From Heterodontus francisci (taxonomy: Eukaryota): a DNA stretch of 64,000 bases. Positions 51,507 to 63,198 of the stretch are shown in pieces; the first letter of the stretch is position 1, and every line of letters starts with the position of its first letter. Made by a program: the position numbers and the translations under genes. The DNA is taken from the NCBI RefSeq assembly GCF_036365525.1, contig NC_090384.1, forward strand, positions 40,631,883-40,695,882, written 5' to 3'. The notes under the pieces are model-generated. The model saw only the letters and a list, made by a program, of their open reading frames with translations, searched no databases and was not told where the DNA came from.

Positions 51507-52024
51507 CTGTACAAGGATTTTAAAAAGTAAATCATTAGGTTACAGCCTCTGTTGACAGATAGCTAACATTCTTTCTATCTCTGCTGACAGAGTTCAAATG
51601 CCAAGGTCAAAGTTTTGTAGATGGCTTCTGGAATCACTGTTTAAATCCTTTCAGGAATTTGCCTTATCCTATTGGAGATATTCTCTTTTTTCATTTCTGA
51701 CTGTTCTTGTTTCCCCATTAAAATACATTTTTGGAGGAAGTATGGTTCCCAAGTGTTGAAAGCAGCTTTCTGTTGGTCAGGAGTGGTCACATCTTCATCC
51801 TGCATCTCCGCAATAGTATCTTGGTCCTACTCTGGTTTCTGCTGTGGCGGAGGACACAAACACTGTAGCTTCAGCAAGCAAGAGAGGGAGAATCAGTGAA
51901 AATAAAAATTAACTTACACGTATAAATTACCTCATCAGATCCTCAGGATATCCCAAAATGTTTCAAAACCAATGAATTAGTTTTGAAATCCACTCACAGT
52001 TGTCATGTAGGCAAATAGGGCAGC

Positions 52025-52199
52025 CAGTGTTCCCTCTAATTTCCTATCGCTGTGCTCAGCCTATTTGATGCACTGCGCGGTCCCTTTAAGATTGCTATGT
52101 GGCCACACATGCGCGCATCTTACGGATTCCACTGCTTGTGTGTGGCACATTCCCGAATGCTGCACAGCTGCGCACCCACGCAGTTTAGCAGAAATGTTG
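52025..52199. mobile_element. Short hAT-type MITE
   Basis: cagtgttccctctaa / ttagcagaaatgttg ends; TSD agggcagc/atggcagc; similar to 13163-13326. Confidence 0.65.
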
Positions 52200-52599
52200 A
52201 TGGCAGCCCATAAACAGCAAGTGCGATGAATGATCACTTAATCTGTTTTTGGCAGTGATGGCTCAGGAATCAACATTAGCTGGTGGTCTATTCACTGGAG
52301 TTCTATGTACTTCAACATGATTGGTTAAAGCAGTTTTGCTAAAGTCATGGTAGGACATTGTTGCTGGCGTGCCCCATCAGCCGTGGCAAGGTTCGTGGAA
52401 AAAGAAGGGAGAGGGAGAAAATAAAGATCGATTTGAATATGCACCTTGTACCAAGCAGTCCGGATTACAGTAATGTGATTTGCCATTGATTTATCAGGGG
52501 CGTATAAAATATGCCATTCCCTTTGGGCCAAACCTATGACTTACTAGGTTACTTTCCATGTATGCTAAATGCAAGTGTGCTTTAAACCATGTTACTGAC

Positions 52600-52682
52600 C
52601 AAACACAGGCACTTGGCACAGGGATCACCCCTAGGAACACTCTCCCCGTGGCTGAACACCACTCCATTTTCATCCACACAAC
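52600..52682 (-). CDS. VWCE: Exon, VWC first half: CVDENGVVFSHGESVPRGDPCAKCLCL
   Basis: 83 nt, phase 1-0, tctttag acceptor, gtcagt donor. Confidence 0.92.
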
Positions 52683-53441
52683 CTAAAGAAACAGAAAACA
52701 GAAAATTAGATCAAGCAAATTCTATGGCACTAAATATCTAACATGCAGCATCAAGGAACAGGTAGGAAATGGCACAAAGGACACAGTGCCAAGAAGCAGA
52801 GGATTTAAGCTGCCAAAGACTGAAGAGGTCACAACACCAAGGAGTGCAGGGGACATGGCATCAGTGGTAGGAGGGGCCATGGTGCCAAGGTGCAGATGAG
52901 ATTCCGAGAGAATATAATTTGAACAGTGCCTCCATCCCTGAGGAAGAGTATCATTCAGAGAGTGCCTCCATCTCTGAGGGAGTGTATTGCTTAGCCAATT
53001 TCTAAATCTTCATCGCAACTGCTTTTTTCTCTGTGTGCTTTTAAAAAATTAATTAATACTTCTGGTTTCCCATTTTGTTCTCCGTGTGGCATTCCATGCC
53101 TTGCTGAGATTGCAGCAGTGGGTGTTGTGCTAAAGCTGCCATTCAGATCACCCACAATGAGGTGTGCAAGAATCCTGGGGCAGGGAATGTGCTTGGTGCA
53201 TTATAAATCAATGGAGAAAGACTAGCCTATAAACAGCCTGTTTCCTATATTCAGGTATCAGCTCTAATGGAATAATCAATATTATGATTCTATTATCCGT
53301 TCAAAATATATAATCAGAAATATGAACAATGTATTGTAAAAGCAATTGTGCTCCTGATTTCCTACAAGTGTAGTGTTTAACAAATTGAACATTTTTGCTC
53401 CTGTCCACTGGCAATCTGATTCTATTTTACAGACACCTCAC

Positions 53442-54041
53442 AGGACACTAACAGCGTTGATAGGTTCACAATCGCCTCTGACTCTCTTTTGCCTACTACA
53501 CTTGTGTGAGGTAGCCTGACTTCGCTCAGATCCTCATTGTCCATGTACCACTTAACCTGGAAATTTTCCTTCTGTGCTCCCCCCGTGCACTTACTTAAGT
53601 CTTCCTGGATAATCTTGTCTTTGGTACTTGCAACGTCTAGTGAAGTGGATTTGACTGTTGTTGGTAGAGGAAGCACTGCTCGTGGTTCGGAATTCCCCTG
53701 GGGTGCACTGTTTGTACTAGTGCCCATTTCTGCAGGATGCCCAGCCACTGCTTGCTCTGTTGTGACAATTCTTTGACTCTCAGGCGAAGCATTTAATCCC
53801 TGTGCCAACTTGCTCTTGACACTCCAGGGTAAAATCCTATGCAGGTTGTACTTCCTCATTGCTGGCCTGGCTGAAGGAGACAAGGATGTTAACCTGACTT
53901 CTGAGTCAGAGGTATGAGGTAGAACTGTTGCTCTCCGTGGGCTTCGGGAGAATCGTGTAGGTGCTAGTTTCTCAGGGATCGTGTTGTCTGTGATAGGAGG
54001 GTACAGTGCTGAGCTCTCAGTAGAAGGTGAAGCCATTGGCA
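53442..54041 (-). CDS. VWCE: 600-nt exon encoding a Ser/Thr/Pro-rich linker (PMASPSTESS...NLSTLLVS)
   Basis: Strong acceptor (t)9ctag in phase 1, 200 open codons, phase-1 donor cct|gtgagg. The donor is the least certain site in the model; read-through stops at 53422. Confidence 0.7.
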
Positions 54042-54701
54042 CTAGAAAAAAAAAAGAGAAATTTAGTAAACAACACCAGAGGCGAAAGATTAAGCCACTG
54101 TTACTGATAACACAAACATCAAAGATGATGGAGTTCATTTGGCCCATCTAGATCATCCTTCACTATGATATCACCTGTCACAATATCTAATTGCCTCTTG
54201 AATGATTCTCCTGTTTTTGTCTATACTGCTCTAAGAGATCTAATCATTCCTTGTCTGAATAAGTGCTTCCTGATACCAGTGTCGGAGATGCACTAGGCTG
54301 GGAATTTCCCTAGAACTGCTCCCGTTTCACCAGCGCTATTCCCAGGAAGTGTCTGAAAATTCCATTTTACGCATGTATACAAGTTATTTGCTGCACTTCC
54401 AGTGAAGTATCACTAGGAACAGCTCAAGGGAGTTAATGATCCTATAACCCTTTATCTGACAGTTATGACCTACACTGAAATTAGGCTCTGGATTTATGTT
54501 TCCAATTTCACTTAGGATCTCAGATACCCCTGTAAGGTCCCATCTCATGCAAAGCTCAAGAATCAGTTAGCCAATAAAATGTAATAGAGGGGTTAAATGT
54601 ATTTTTTCCATATTCCAATTGATAAAGTTCCACTAGCTATTGGAGAAGCTAATGATCTTCAGAGACAGTCTTCATCCAGTTCCACTGATTATGGTACTTA
54701 C

Positions 54702-54807
54702 GGTCAGGGCACATAGGACAGCAGCTGCCAGGGACATGAAGCAAAGGCTGTTCACACTCCAGCTCTGTGCAGCTGTCTCCTTTCCACTCACACTCCACAT
54801 TGCCTTC
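54702..54807 (-). CDS. VWCE: Exon, VWC second half: EGNVECEWKGDSCTELECEQPLLHVPGSCCPMCPD
   Basis: 106 nt, phase 0-1, ccacag acceptor, gtaagt donor. Confidence 0.92.
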
Positions 54808-55490
54808 CTGTGGTGAGAGGGGCAAAGAGCCAGGTTATTGCCAAAATATCTCGGTATCTCAAATAGGAAGAGCATTGAGCAGACTGACATTGGAAAAGCA
54901 ACCTGATTTGGATATGAAGTAAAGTCTTAGCATCTAACATATGAACTTCTGGCTTGTACAATGTTTATTTTTCACCAAGGGGGATTTCTGATATTCTGGA
55001 TTTGAGGCAAACGTTTATGATCCCCCAGTACATGGAATGATCAAATCACAGCCAACTCAGGAGTTATAGAGGAGACAAGTCACATTCTGACATGGTACCT
55101 TCAATGGAAATGACAAAGGATGCATTCCAGAGGAAACTTATTTTCTACATTTGGCACCCAGTGGGGTGCTGCTTTTTGCCATTGTGTGCTGTGGCTGTGG
55201 GGCACCCCCTTGAACCTACTGCCTGAAACACTGCATATTCATATTTCCTCCAGCATTTAGTGTAGTCAATTTAGAATTAACTTTTTCTTACAAAATTGTC
55301 TGAAAATGAAAACTCACCTGTATAACAACCCCTTAGCATTAGGAACCAATGGTAGCTTTGTTTTAATATTGCAAATAAAAGGTCAAATTTGAATTTGATT
55401 ACTGCTATGAATAATTAGAAATAGCAATAATTCACTAATTTTCTATCCATACGCAGGATTATGTTGAATTCTAGAGCTATGTTCAGCCTA

Positions 55491-55593
55491 TAATTCTGAT
55501 GACAGGTTACAGATCTGAAACGTTAACTGTTTCTCTCGCCACAGATGCTGCCAGACCTGCTGAATATTTATAGCATTTTCTGTTTTAATTTCA
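55491..55593 (+). mobile_element. Penelope-like remnant with hammerhead core boxes
   Basis: ctgatga-c-aggt-tacag-atct-gaaacgtta, followed by the same downstream sequence as 30790-30850. Confidence 0.6.
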
Positions 55594-56457
55594 GGCCTAT
55601 AATTATGTTTTCTTGAACCTTCAAGTTTGAACGCCCTAGTCCTCTGATTTTCAGTGACAGAACCGAAGTCAGGATAATTTTAGCACTTCTTAAATTTGGG
55701 CCCTCTCATGATTGCTGGTGGTCACCTCCCTCTGACTTGTATCTGGCTTCTGAGAACATTTGCCATGGCGGTTGGTTTCTTCCATGCAGGTGAAGAATGA
55801 AGTAGCCCAGTAGTGAACATGCTTCCTGAAGTCACAATTCAACCATGTACAGCTTGAGAGTCACTGGACAAATCAGAGTTGCAGAACTGAGGGAGTTGGT
55901 CTGAACAAACTGCTGCACAGTCTTGAATGGTATGGTTGGTGCCACTAGCTCACCAAAGGGAAGAAACAAAATCTCTGGGTACCCTGACTCACTATTCAGC
56001 ACCCTGTGTCTCCTTAAACTGCACTCCAATCCACATGAGTTGTCTACTTTGTGGAAGAATGTGAGAAACCATGGGATGAGAAGCAGCCATTTACCCCAAT
56101 AAACCTTCTCCTCCACAGACCATGTACAATCTAGCCTACTGTGAACTCTATCACAACTATTTAATCTCCTGAGGGAAAGTTCTGTGTAAATCGCCCTTGA
56201 TTCTCAAACTTAAAGCAAAACTCCATTTTCTTTATCCATCCTCACTGTTCAACTCTGGCCAATAGTGCAGGAACTGTCAAGTCCCATGGAGTATTTATTT
56301 TTGACTCTCACAATAACTATCCCCATAACTAATCCCATTCTCAACTGGAGATTGGTCCTGCTACTTTTTATCTGTGTTAATTGTTTCAGCCTCAGCTGCT
56401 TTTCCTGTCAGTTTGTTCTGCAGAATCACTACTCTGGACAGTTCCTTCTATTGTTTA

Positions 56458-58263
56458 AGAACAAAGAACAAAGAAAATTACAGCACAGGAACAGGCCCTT
56501 CAACCCTCCAAGCCTGCGCCGATCCAGATCCTCTACCTAAACATGTCGCCTATTTTCTAAGGGTCTGTATCTTTTTGCTTCCTGCCCATTCATGTATCTG
56601 TCTAGATACATCTTAAAAGACGCTATCGTGTTCGCATCTACCACCTCCGCTGGCAACGCGTTCCAGGCACCCACCACCCTCTGCGTAAAGAACTTTCCAC
56701 GCATATCCCCCCTAAACTTTTCCCCTCTCACTTTGAACGCGTGACCCCTAGTATTTGAATCCCCCACTCTGGGAAATAGCTTCTTGCTATCCACCCTGTC
56801 TATACCTCTCATGATTTTGTACACCTCAATCAGGTCCCCCCTCAACCTCCGCCTTTCTAATGAAAATAATCCTAATCTACTCAACCTCTCTTCATAGCTA
56901 GTGCCCTCCATACCAGGCAACATCCTGGTGAACCTCCTTTGCAACCTTTCCAAAGCATCCACATCCTTTTGGTAATGTGGCGACCAGAACTGCACGCAGT
57001 ATTCCAAATGTGGCCGAACCAAAGTCCTATACAACTGTAACATGACCTGCCAACTCTTGTACTCAATACCCCGTCCGATGAAGGAAAGCATGCCGTATGC
57101 CTTCTTGACCACTCTATTGACCTGCGTTGCCACCTTCAGGGAACAATGGACCTGAACACCCAAATCTCTCTGTACATCAATTTTCCCCAGGACTTTTCCA
57201 TTTACTGTATAGTTCACTCTTGAATTGGATCTTCCAAAATGCATCACCTCGCATTTACCCTGATTGAACTCCATCTGCCATTTCTCTGCCCAACTCTCCA
57301 ATCTATCTATATTCTGCTGTATTCTCTGACAGTCCCCTTCACTATCTGCTACTCCACCAATCTTAGTGTCGTCTGCAAACTTGCTAATCAGACCACCTAT
57401 ACTTTCCTCCAAATCATTTATGTATATCACAAACAACAGTGGTCCCAGCACGGATCCCTGTGGAACACCACTGGTCACACGTCTCAATTTTGAGAAACTC
57501 CCTTCCACTGCTACTCTCTGTCTCCTGTTGCCCAGCCAGATCTTTATCCATCTAGCTAGTACACCCTGGACCCCATGCGACTTCACTTTCTCCATCAGCC
57601 TACCATGGGGAACCTTATCAAACGCCTTACTGAAGTCCATGTATATGACATCTACAGCCCTTCCCTCATCAATCAAACTTTGTCACTTCCTCAAAGAATT
57701 CTATTAAGTTGGTAAGACATGACCTTCCGTGCACAAAACCATGTTGCCTATCACTGATAAGCCCATTTTCTTCCAAATGGGAATAGATCCTATCTCTCAG
57801 TATCTTCTCCAGCAGCTTCCCTACCACTGACGTCAGGCTCACCGGTCTATAATTACCTGGATTATCCCTGCTACCCTTCTTAAACAAGGGGACAACATTA
57901 GCAATTCTCCAGTCCTCCGGGACCTCACCCGTGTTTAAGGATGCTGCAAAGATATCTGTTAAGACCCCAGCTATTTCCTCTCTCGCTTCCCTCAGTAACC
58001 TGGGATAGATCCCATCCGGACCTGGGGACTTGTCCACCTTAATGCCTTTTAGAATACCCAATACTTCCTCCCTCCTTATGCCGACTTGACCTAGAGTAAT
58101 CAAACATCTGTCCCTAACCTCAACATCCGTCATGTCCCTCTCCTCAGTGAATACCGATGCAAAGTACTCGTTTAGAATCTCACCCATTTTCTCTGACTCC
58201 ATGCATAACTTTCCTCCTTTGTCCTTGAGTGGGCCAATCCTTTCTCTAGTTACCCTCTTGCTC
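56458..58263 (-). mobile_element. Young 5'-truncated CR1 (family C) with one frameshift near 57672
   Basis: The 198-aa and 379-aa ORFs join (FFEEVTK / IDEGRAVD) into one RT region; (ttctttg)n tail. Confidence 0.95.
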
Positions 58264-58375
58264 AAAGCTAGAATCGCTCAAAGCTTATGACTTTTAAACC
58301 TTTGTCTTCAAATTCTGTGCTGACAGTTAGAGAAACAGCCTATCTACCTCATCCATCCACTGTGACAGCACCTAC

Positions 58376-58458
58376 CGTACAGAGACAGACGACACAGGGG
58401 TCAGCAGCTGAGATGTAATACCCTCCATCTTCCAGAATCTGACCATCGTACAGACACA
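58376..58458 (-). CDS. VWCE: Exon, VWC first half: (V)CLYDGQILEDGGYYISAADPCVVCLCT
   Basis: 83 nt, phase 1-0, tttccag acceptor, gtaggt donor. Confidence 0.92.
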
Positions 58459-59895
58459 CTGGAAAGACGAATAAATAAACCGGCTAGAAAACATGGTAAC
58501 TGTCAATCACATGGCAGATTAAAAAAAAACTCAAGTCATTCACCAGACACCAGACATTAAAACACATTGAACGAGTCACACACTAGATTTAAATATGACA
58601 GGCTTGATGCTGTGTCAGTAACATTCTACAGGGGAGGGGGTGGGGTGGGGAGGGGATCATAACTCCTGCTCAGTCAGTTGTTGGAAGTTGTGGGCCAGTC
58701 ATCTGGAGGATTCTGTGAAGGGATCATTTCAATGACCAACCTCATGAGTATAAATGCAGCGAGCTGCTTCTATGCAACAGCTGCCCAGAGGTAGCTTGCT
58801 GGGTTAAGTCAGCATTAATTGGTATCATTTTCACCTGCATATTACAACAGTGACTACACTTCAAAAAGTACTTCATTGGCTGTGATGTGCTTTGAGATGT
58901 CCAGCGGTCATGAAAGGTGCTTTATAAATGCAAGTCTTTCTTAAGACCGATGGATAATGGGCAACCCGGAGGCTGCCTGCTAGCACTCAGCTATGTCATT
59001 GGGGAGGGATTTACACAAACAGAAGTCGAGGTGAGCCCAAGGAAACAGTGATCTAAATGTTCTTTTAGGCCTGGTGGAGTATTCCTGTTTCTCCTGGTCT
59101 CACAAAAATATGTTTTACACTAATCTGTCTCTGCTCAGCAGCTCATTAAAATGGCTTTGTGCTCCTATGTTAATCATAAGAACCTGATTTATATTTATTC
59201 ATGAGGTTTCTGCTTGAGTTGGGCACACATCTCAACCACCCGAGAAAACAGTGGCATTAAAATGACCATGGGGCATAAAAGAACAATAGTGCACAGCTTG
59301 GATTCTAATTCCAGCTCAGTCCAGTTTCTGTCGGACAGAGAAAATTAAAATTCTTCCTTATGATTTCAAGTGCACAATTTGTGCAGAATCACAGGCACCA
59401 GACTAACCCTACCAGTGGGTGGCACTACACATTCCCAAACCATAGCTCAGTGCGAACAGCAACTCATTGCCTCCTTGAAAAATCCCCTTAATGGGTATGG
59501 CACGTTACATTCACTGGAGCACTCCAACTCAAAGAAGATCCTAATAACCAGTCAGTCACAAAATCGGCTTGAAATATTTACCCCAAGGTTCTAGGCAAAA
59601 TTAACGTTTGAACGCATCACCAAAACACAGACAAACTTGGTAGAGAATCAGCAACAAAAATTTACTTACAAATATGATGACGTTGTGCTATAAATGTACA
59701 ATACAGCTGTGCAGGGTTATTGTTTGAACACTGCACCTCTCTCATAAATTGAGTTGGCATCAAGGCAGTGATGGAAGAGGATGAAAGGTCTACAAGTAAA
59801 GCTCATAGTAAAACACACAGAAGATGCAGGTACAGAGTTTGCTGCTGCTGCTACTGCCTCCCCTGCTAGTGACAAACAACTTTGTTTGATCTTAC

Positions 59896-59989
59896 CTGAG
59901 CAAGTGGGGCAGCATTCACCAGGCAGGGAATGGGGGTGATCACAGGAAGGTGGGTCACAGATCAGAACTTCACAGCTCACTTCTCCAAG
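59896..59989 (-). CDS. VWCE: Exon, VWC second half: LGEVSCEVLICDPPSCDHPHSLPGECCPTCS
   Basis: 94 nt, phase 0-1, gaacag acceptor after a long pyrimidine tract, gtaaga donor. Confidence 0.93.
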
Positions 59990-61125
59990 CTGTTCAAGAG
60001 AGATGGGCAGAGAATCAGAGGAGGGTGGTATGAAGAGAAAACGAGAGAGAGAGTTACAGAGAAGGGAGGTGGAGAGAGGGAACTGGAATGTTAGAGAGAC
60101 ACAGACCGAGACAGACACAGATGGAGAGACAGAGAAAAAGACAGGTACAGAGAAAAGGTGGAAAATTACAAAGCAGCATTTCCCAGAAAGCACAGGAGAT
60201 ATACAAAAGAATAATATGACAGCACCCACACATCACAAAACATTCCATTAGCACAGACTTGAACTCTGCTCCTGTCTCTAATTCAAAAAACTCTGTCAAA
60301 TACAGATGCCAATGATAAAACATCTAATGCTAGCATTCTCCTATACTGGGCTTGATGGTTGTCAATTACAAATAAATTGCTAATTTGTAATATGTCCAAC
60401 TTAAGCACAAGTTACGTATATAGTAAAGCTGCCTCTTCTCTGGCTCATGAAACACTCAGCTACAAGACAGGTTTGCTGCAGAGTAAAGCAACCCCAGAAC
60501 TACAAATACTTACTATGCATCTCACATCAACATTCAGCCCTTGTCCTGTGCTTAAGCCTCTCTGACTTATCTGATGTGAAGTCCCCACCTGCTCACTATG
60601 AACAGAATTTTATTCTGCCCTTGGAGACAAGCATGGAGGGGGAGGGGGAGGGGGGGGGGTGAGAAAGAGGGGGAAAGCAAAATGGCAGGGGGCACCATTT
60701 CAGATGTTGCCCAGCACCTCTGCCATTTTGGCCAGGACAGGGAAGGCCGAGGCCAATTGAGACCTTTAAGTAGCTGATCCCATGTCCATCTTCACTCCCA
60801 ACAAGCAGATCCGACTGACCAAAGTGGCGATTATCCACATGGAGAGCGGGGAGGTGCTTTGAATTCGCCTGATACAAGAACAAAGTGATGAGCTGGAGGA
60901 GCAGAGCTGAAAAAGGACCTTGAAGAAGTTCTTCAATTGGCCTGCCCACAGTGAAATGGCTTCAGGGGTCCGATGGAGAGCCGAGGAGAGGTCTCGCCCC
61001 TACCTTCAGGCCTGCAGCTGGGACACCCGTTGCAAGAATAAAATGCAGCCCATAGTATCTCAGTATTCTCCTACAATAAATGTCACTGCTCCTTCCTGCT
61101 CTCAATCTTGTAACGAGAAACTCAC

Positions 61126-61208
61126 TTGGCATTTGCAGTGGTAGCAGGGTCGGTTTTCAGGCTGAAATGATTGACCATTGGTGACCTTCCTCCCTTCATA
61201 GTTGCAAT
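61126..61208 (-). CDS. VWCE: Exon, VWC first half: (D)[27 protein letters not shown]
   Basis: 83 nt, phase 1-0, ctttcag acceptor, gtgagt donor; CNYEGRKV-x-NGQ matches recalled VWCE. Confidence 0.93.
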
Positions 61209-61710
61209 CTGAAAGGGAAAGACCATGTGAATAAATGAATGCAGCTACAATACAGAGATGAACCCCAGTATCTAAGCACTTACTTCATTGTCGGTAACTG
61301 CTCGCCATGGACTGAGTAATACTATCTTTCACAGCACACCATTCAACTACTCTGAGGCTTGAGTCTGAGGTGCACTTGTCTATTGATACTGATGCACCGC
61401 TCAGTTTGAGAGCATTCCTCTGAGTGAGGATTTGCACTCGCACAACTCTGACAGAGGATAGAAATGGGTGATGTGCAGCAGGACCAGCATCAGTCTGAGA
61501 GGTGTATAACTGCAGCTGATGAATTCCCTTTGTGGAAGCAGCTCTGCACAGCTATGCCTCTGAACCAGGCACTCGGGAATGGGATCATGTGCACACTGCC
61601 ATCCACCATCTCTTCATGGTACCGCATTTTGCTAAAAATAAGACCAAACTTTCAGATACCTCAGCATACCATGTCGGGTTCTCAAGGATGTGCCAGGAGC
61701 ATACATTGAG

Positions 61711-62078
61711 CAGTGAGGGAGACAGAGAGTAGGAGAAGGTGCCAGACGGTGAGGGAGACAGAGAGCAGGAGAAGGTGCCAGACGGTGAGGGAGACAGAGA
61801 GCAGGAGAAGGTGCTGGATAGTGAGGGAGACAGAGAACAGGAGAAGGTGCTGGACAGTGAGGGAGACAGAGAGCAGGAGAAGGTGCTGGACAGTGAGGGA
61901 GACAGAGAGTAGGAGACGGTGTTAGACAGTGAGGGAGACAGAGCCGGACAGTGAGGGAGACAGAGAGCAGGAGAAGGTGCTGGACAGTGAGGGGGACAGA
62001 GAGTAGGAAGGTGCCGGACAGTGAGGGAGACAGAGAGTAGGAGAAGGTGCCGGACAGTGAGGGAGACAGAGAGCAGGA
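61711..62078. repeat. 36-bp minisatellite, about 10 units
   Basis: Unit cagtgagggagacagagagcaggagaaggtgctgga; gives 12-aa periodic spurious ORFs. Confidence 0.92.
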
Positions 62079-63198
62079 GAATATTTAGGGCAGAGCTGTG
62101 AGAGTGGGGGTTCACAAAGAGAAGATAATTTGTCCTTTAGTAGCAAGGAAGGAAAATCAAAGGACAATTAACTCTGACCTCTTTCGTACAACTACTTAGG
62201 ACAATTCACAGAATCAATTCAGAATCTCTTCACGATATGGACTGCAGAACAAATAAACTGGGCTACTTTGGCATAAGGAACTGAATTGTTATTGCCGGGG
62301 TTACTGTCATTCCCCAGAATGGTTTTTCAATCCTGCCTTTTAACCAATATTTGGTAATTCACCTCTTCACATGCCAGGGACTGTGACTCTTTGCAAGCAG
62401 TCCCCCTGAAGGTGTCATCACCAATCATTATTTAAACAAAAATATTCAGATCATTCTTCAGAATTGGACAGCGATGCATTAATTGAGCAGATTAAAGTTC
62501 TGCTGCAGTACATCAGACAACTGCCTCATCCCTACCAGTTGATGGGACACAGATCCATCCTTGTAATTCCTGCCTCCCGAGTTCCCAATCTCAGCTACAT
62601 CATTGCATGGAAACAGGGAGCAGAGGTTAGATGCTTCCTCCCCAGAAGAAAGAGAAAACAGGAAGGAGATTATCCATGTGCATCTCTCTTTTTCACCGTT
62701 ACCCATCCTTTCGACAACATTATACATTCTGCATGTGCAGAAATAAATGTATAGGTTTTCCCTCATGGACCTCTCCATGAACAGACATGTGGGGGGATTT
62801 GTAACATGGAGCATGGTGTGGATGAGGGGTGGGTGGGAGATCAAGTTTGTGGAAAATGTGAATGTACTGGAAGCCGGCTCCAACCCATGACTTCAACATT
62901 TAACTCGGGCACGTTTGGCTATTTGCACTTAACCCCCCTTTGGAGAGGCGTGTTAGCAATTTAAACATGCAAATCGCTGGATTGCAGTGATATCTGAACA
63001 TACTTTCAGATTTATCAACATATCCACAGGTTTCCTGGGCTTCATGAACATGAGGCTCATTAAAAGTCAAGCAAATAGTACAATAAAAACTCAGCGCTCC
63101 CAGTTGCCTCCTTACCTACTATCGGGAAAGGGTTTGTTCACAGTACTTATAGTGACAGGTTAGTTTCTACGTTTGGATGTTTTGAGTTTCAGATCACA

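Larger units (their letters stand above)
14539..61208 (-). other. VWCE: Gene span (5'-incomplete): VWCE-like protein with extended KCP/BMPER-type C-terminus (VWC x2 - STP linker - VWC x3 - VWD - C8 - TIL within the window)
   Basis: 17 exons with GT-AG sites and consistent phases give one open frame of 2543 nt. DCNYEGRKV-x-NGQ and CQLGEVSCE match my recollection of human VWCE VWC6. Orthology needs BLAST and synteny confirmation. Confidence 0.8.

Noticed and set aside
52610-52640. RGD integrin motif in VPRGDPC
   Set aside because: The GDPC part is a normal VWC motif, so the RGD is probably incidental; nothing here supports function.
14539-52682. Calling the gene KCP or BMPER
   Set aside because: The C-terminal architecture fits, but it lacks GDPH, is very divergent from both, and the upstream exons carry VWCE-diagnostic sequence. 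Kept only as an alternative pending phylogeny.
56537-58265. Functional reverse transcriptase gene
   Set aside because: 5'-truncated (no endonuclease domain or ORF1) and frameshifted CR1 copy.
61585-62167. Repetitive ORFs (SLSPSLSSTFSC / VRETESRRRC)
   Set aside because: They are translations of the 36-bp minisatellite.
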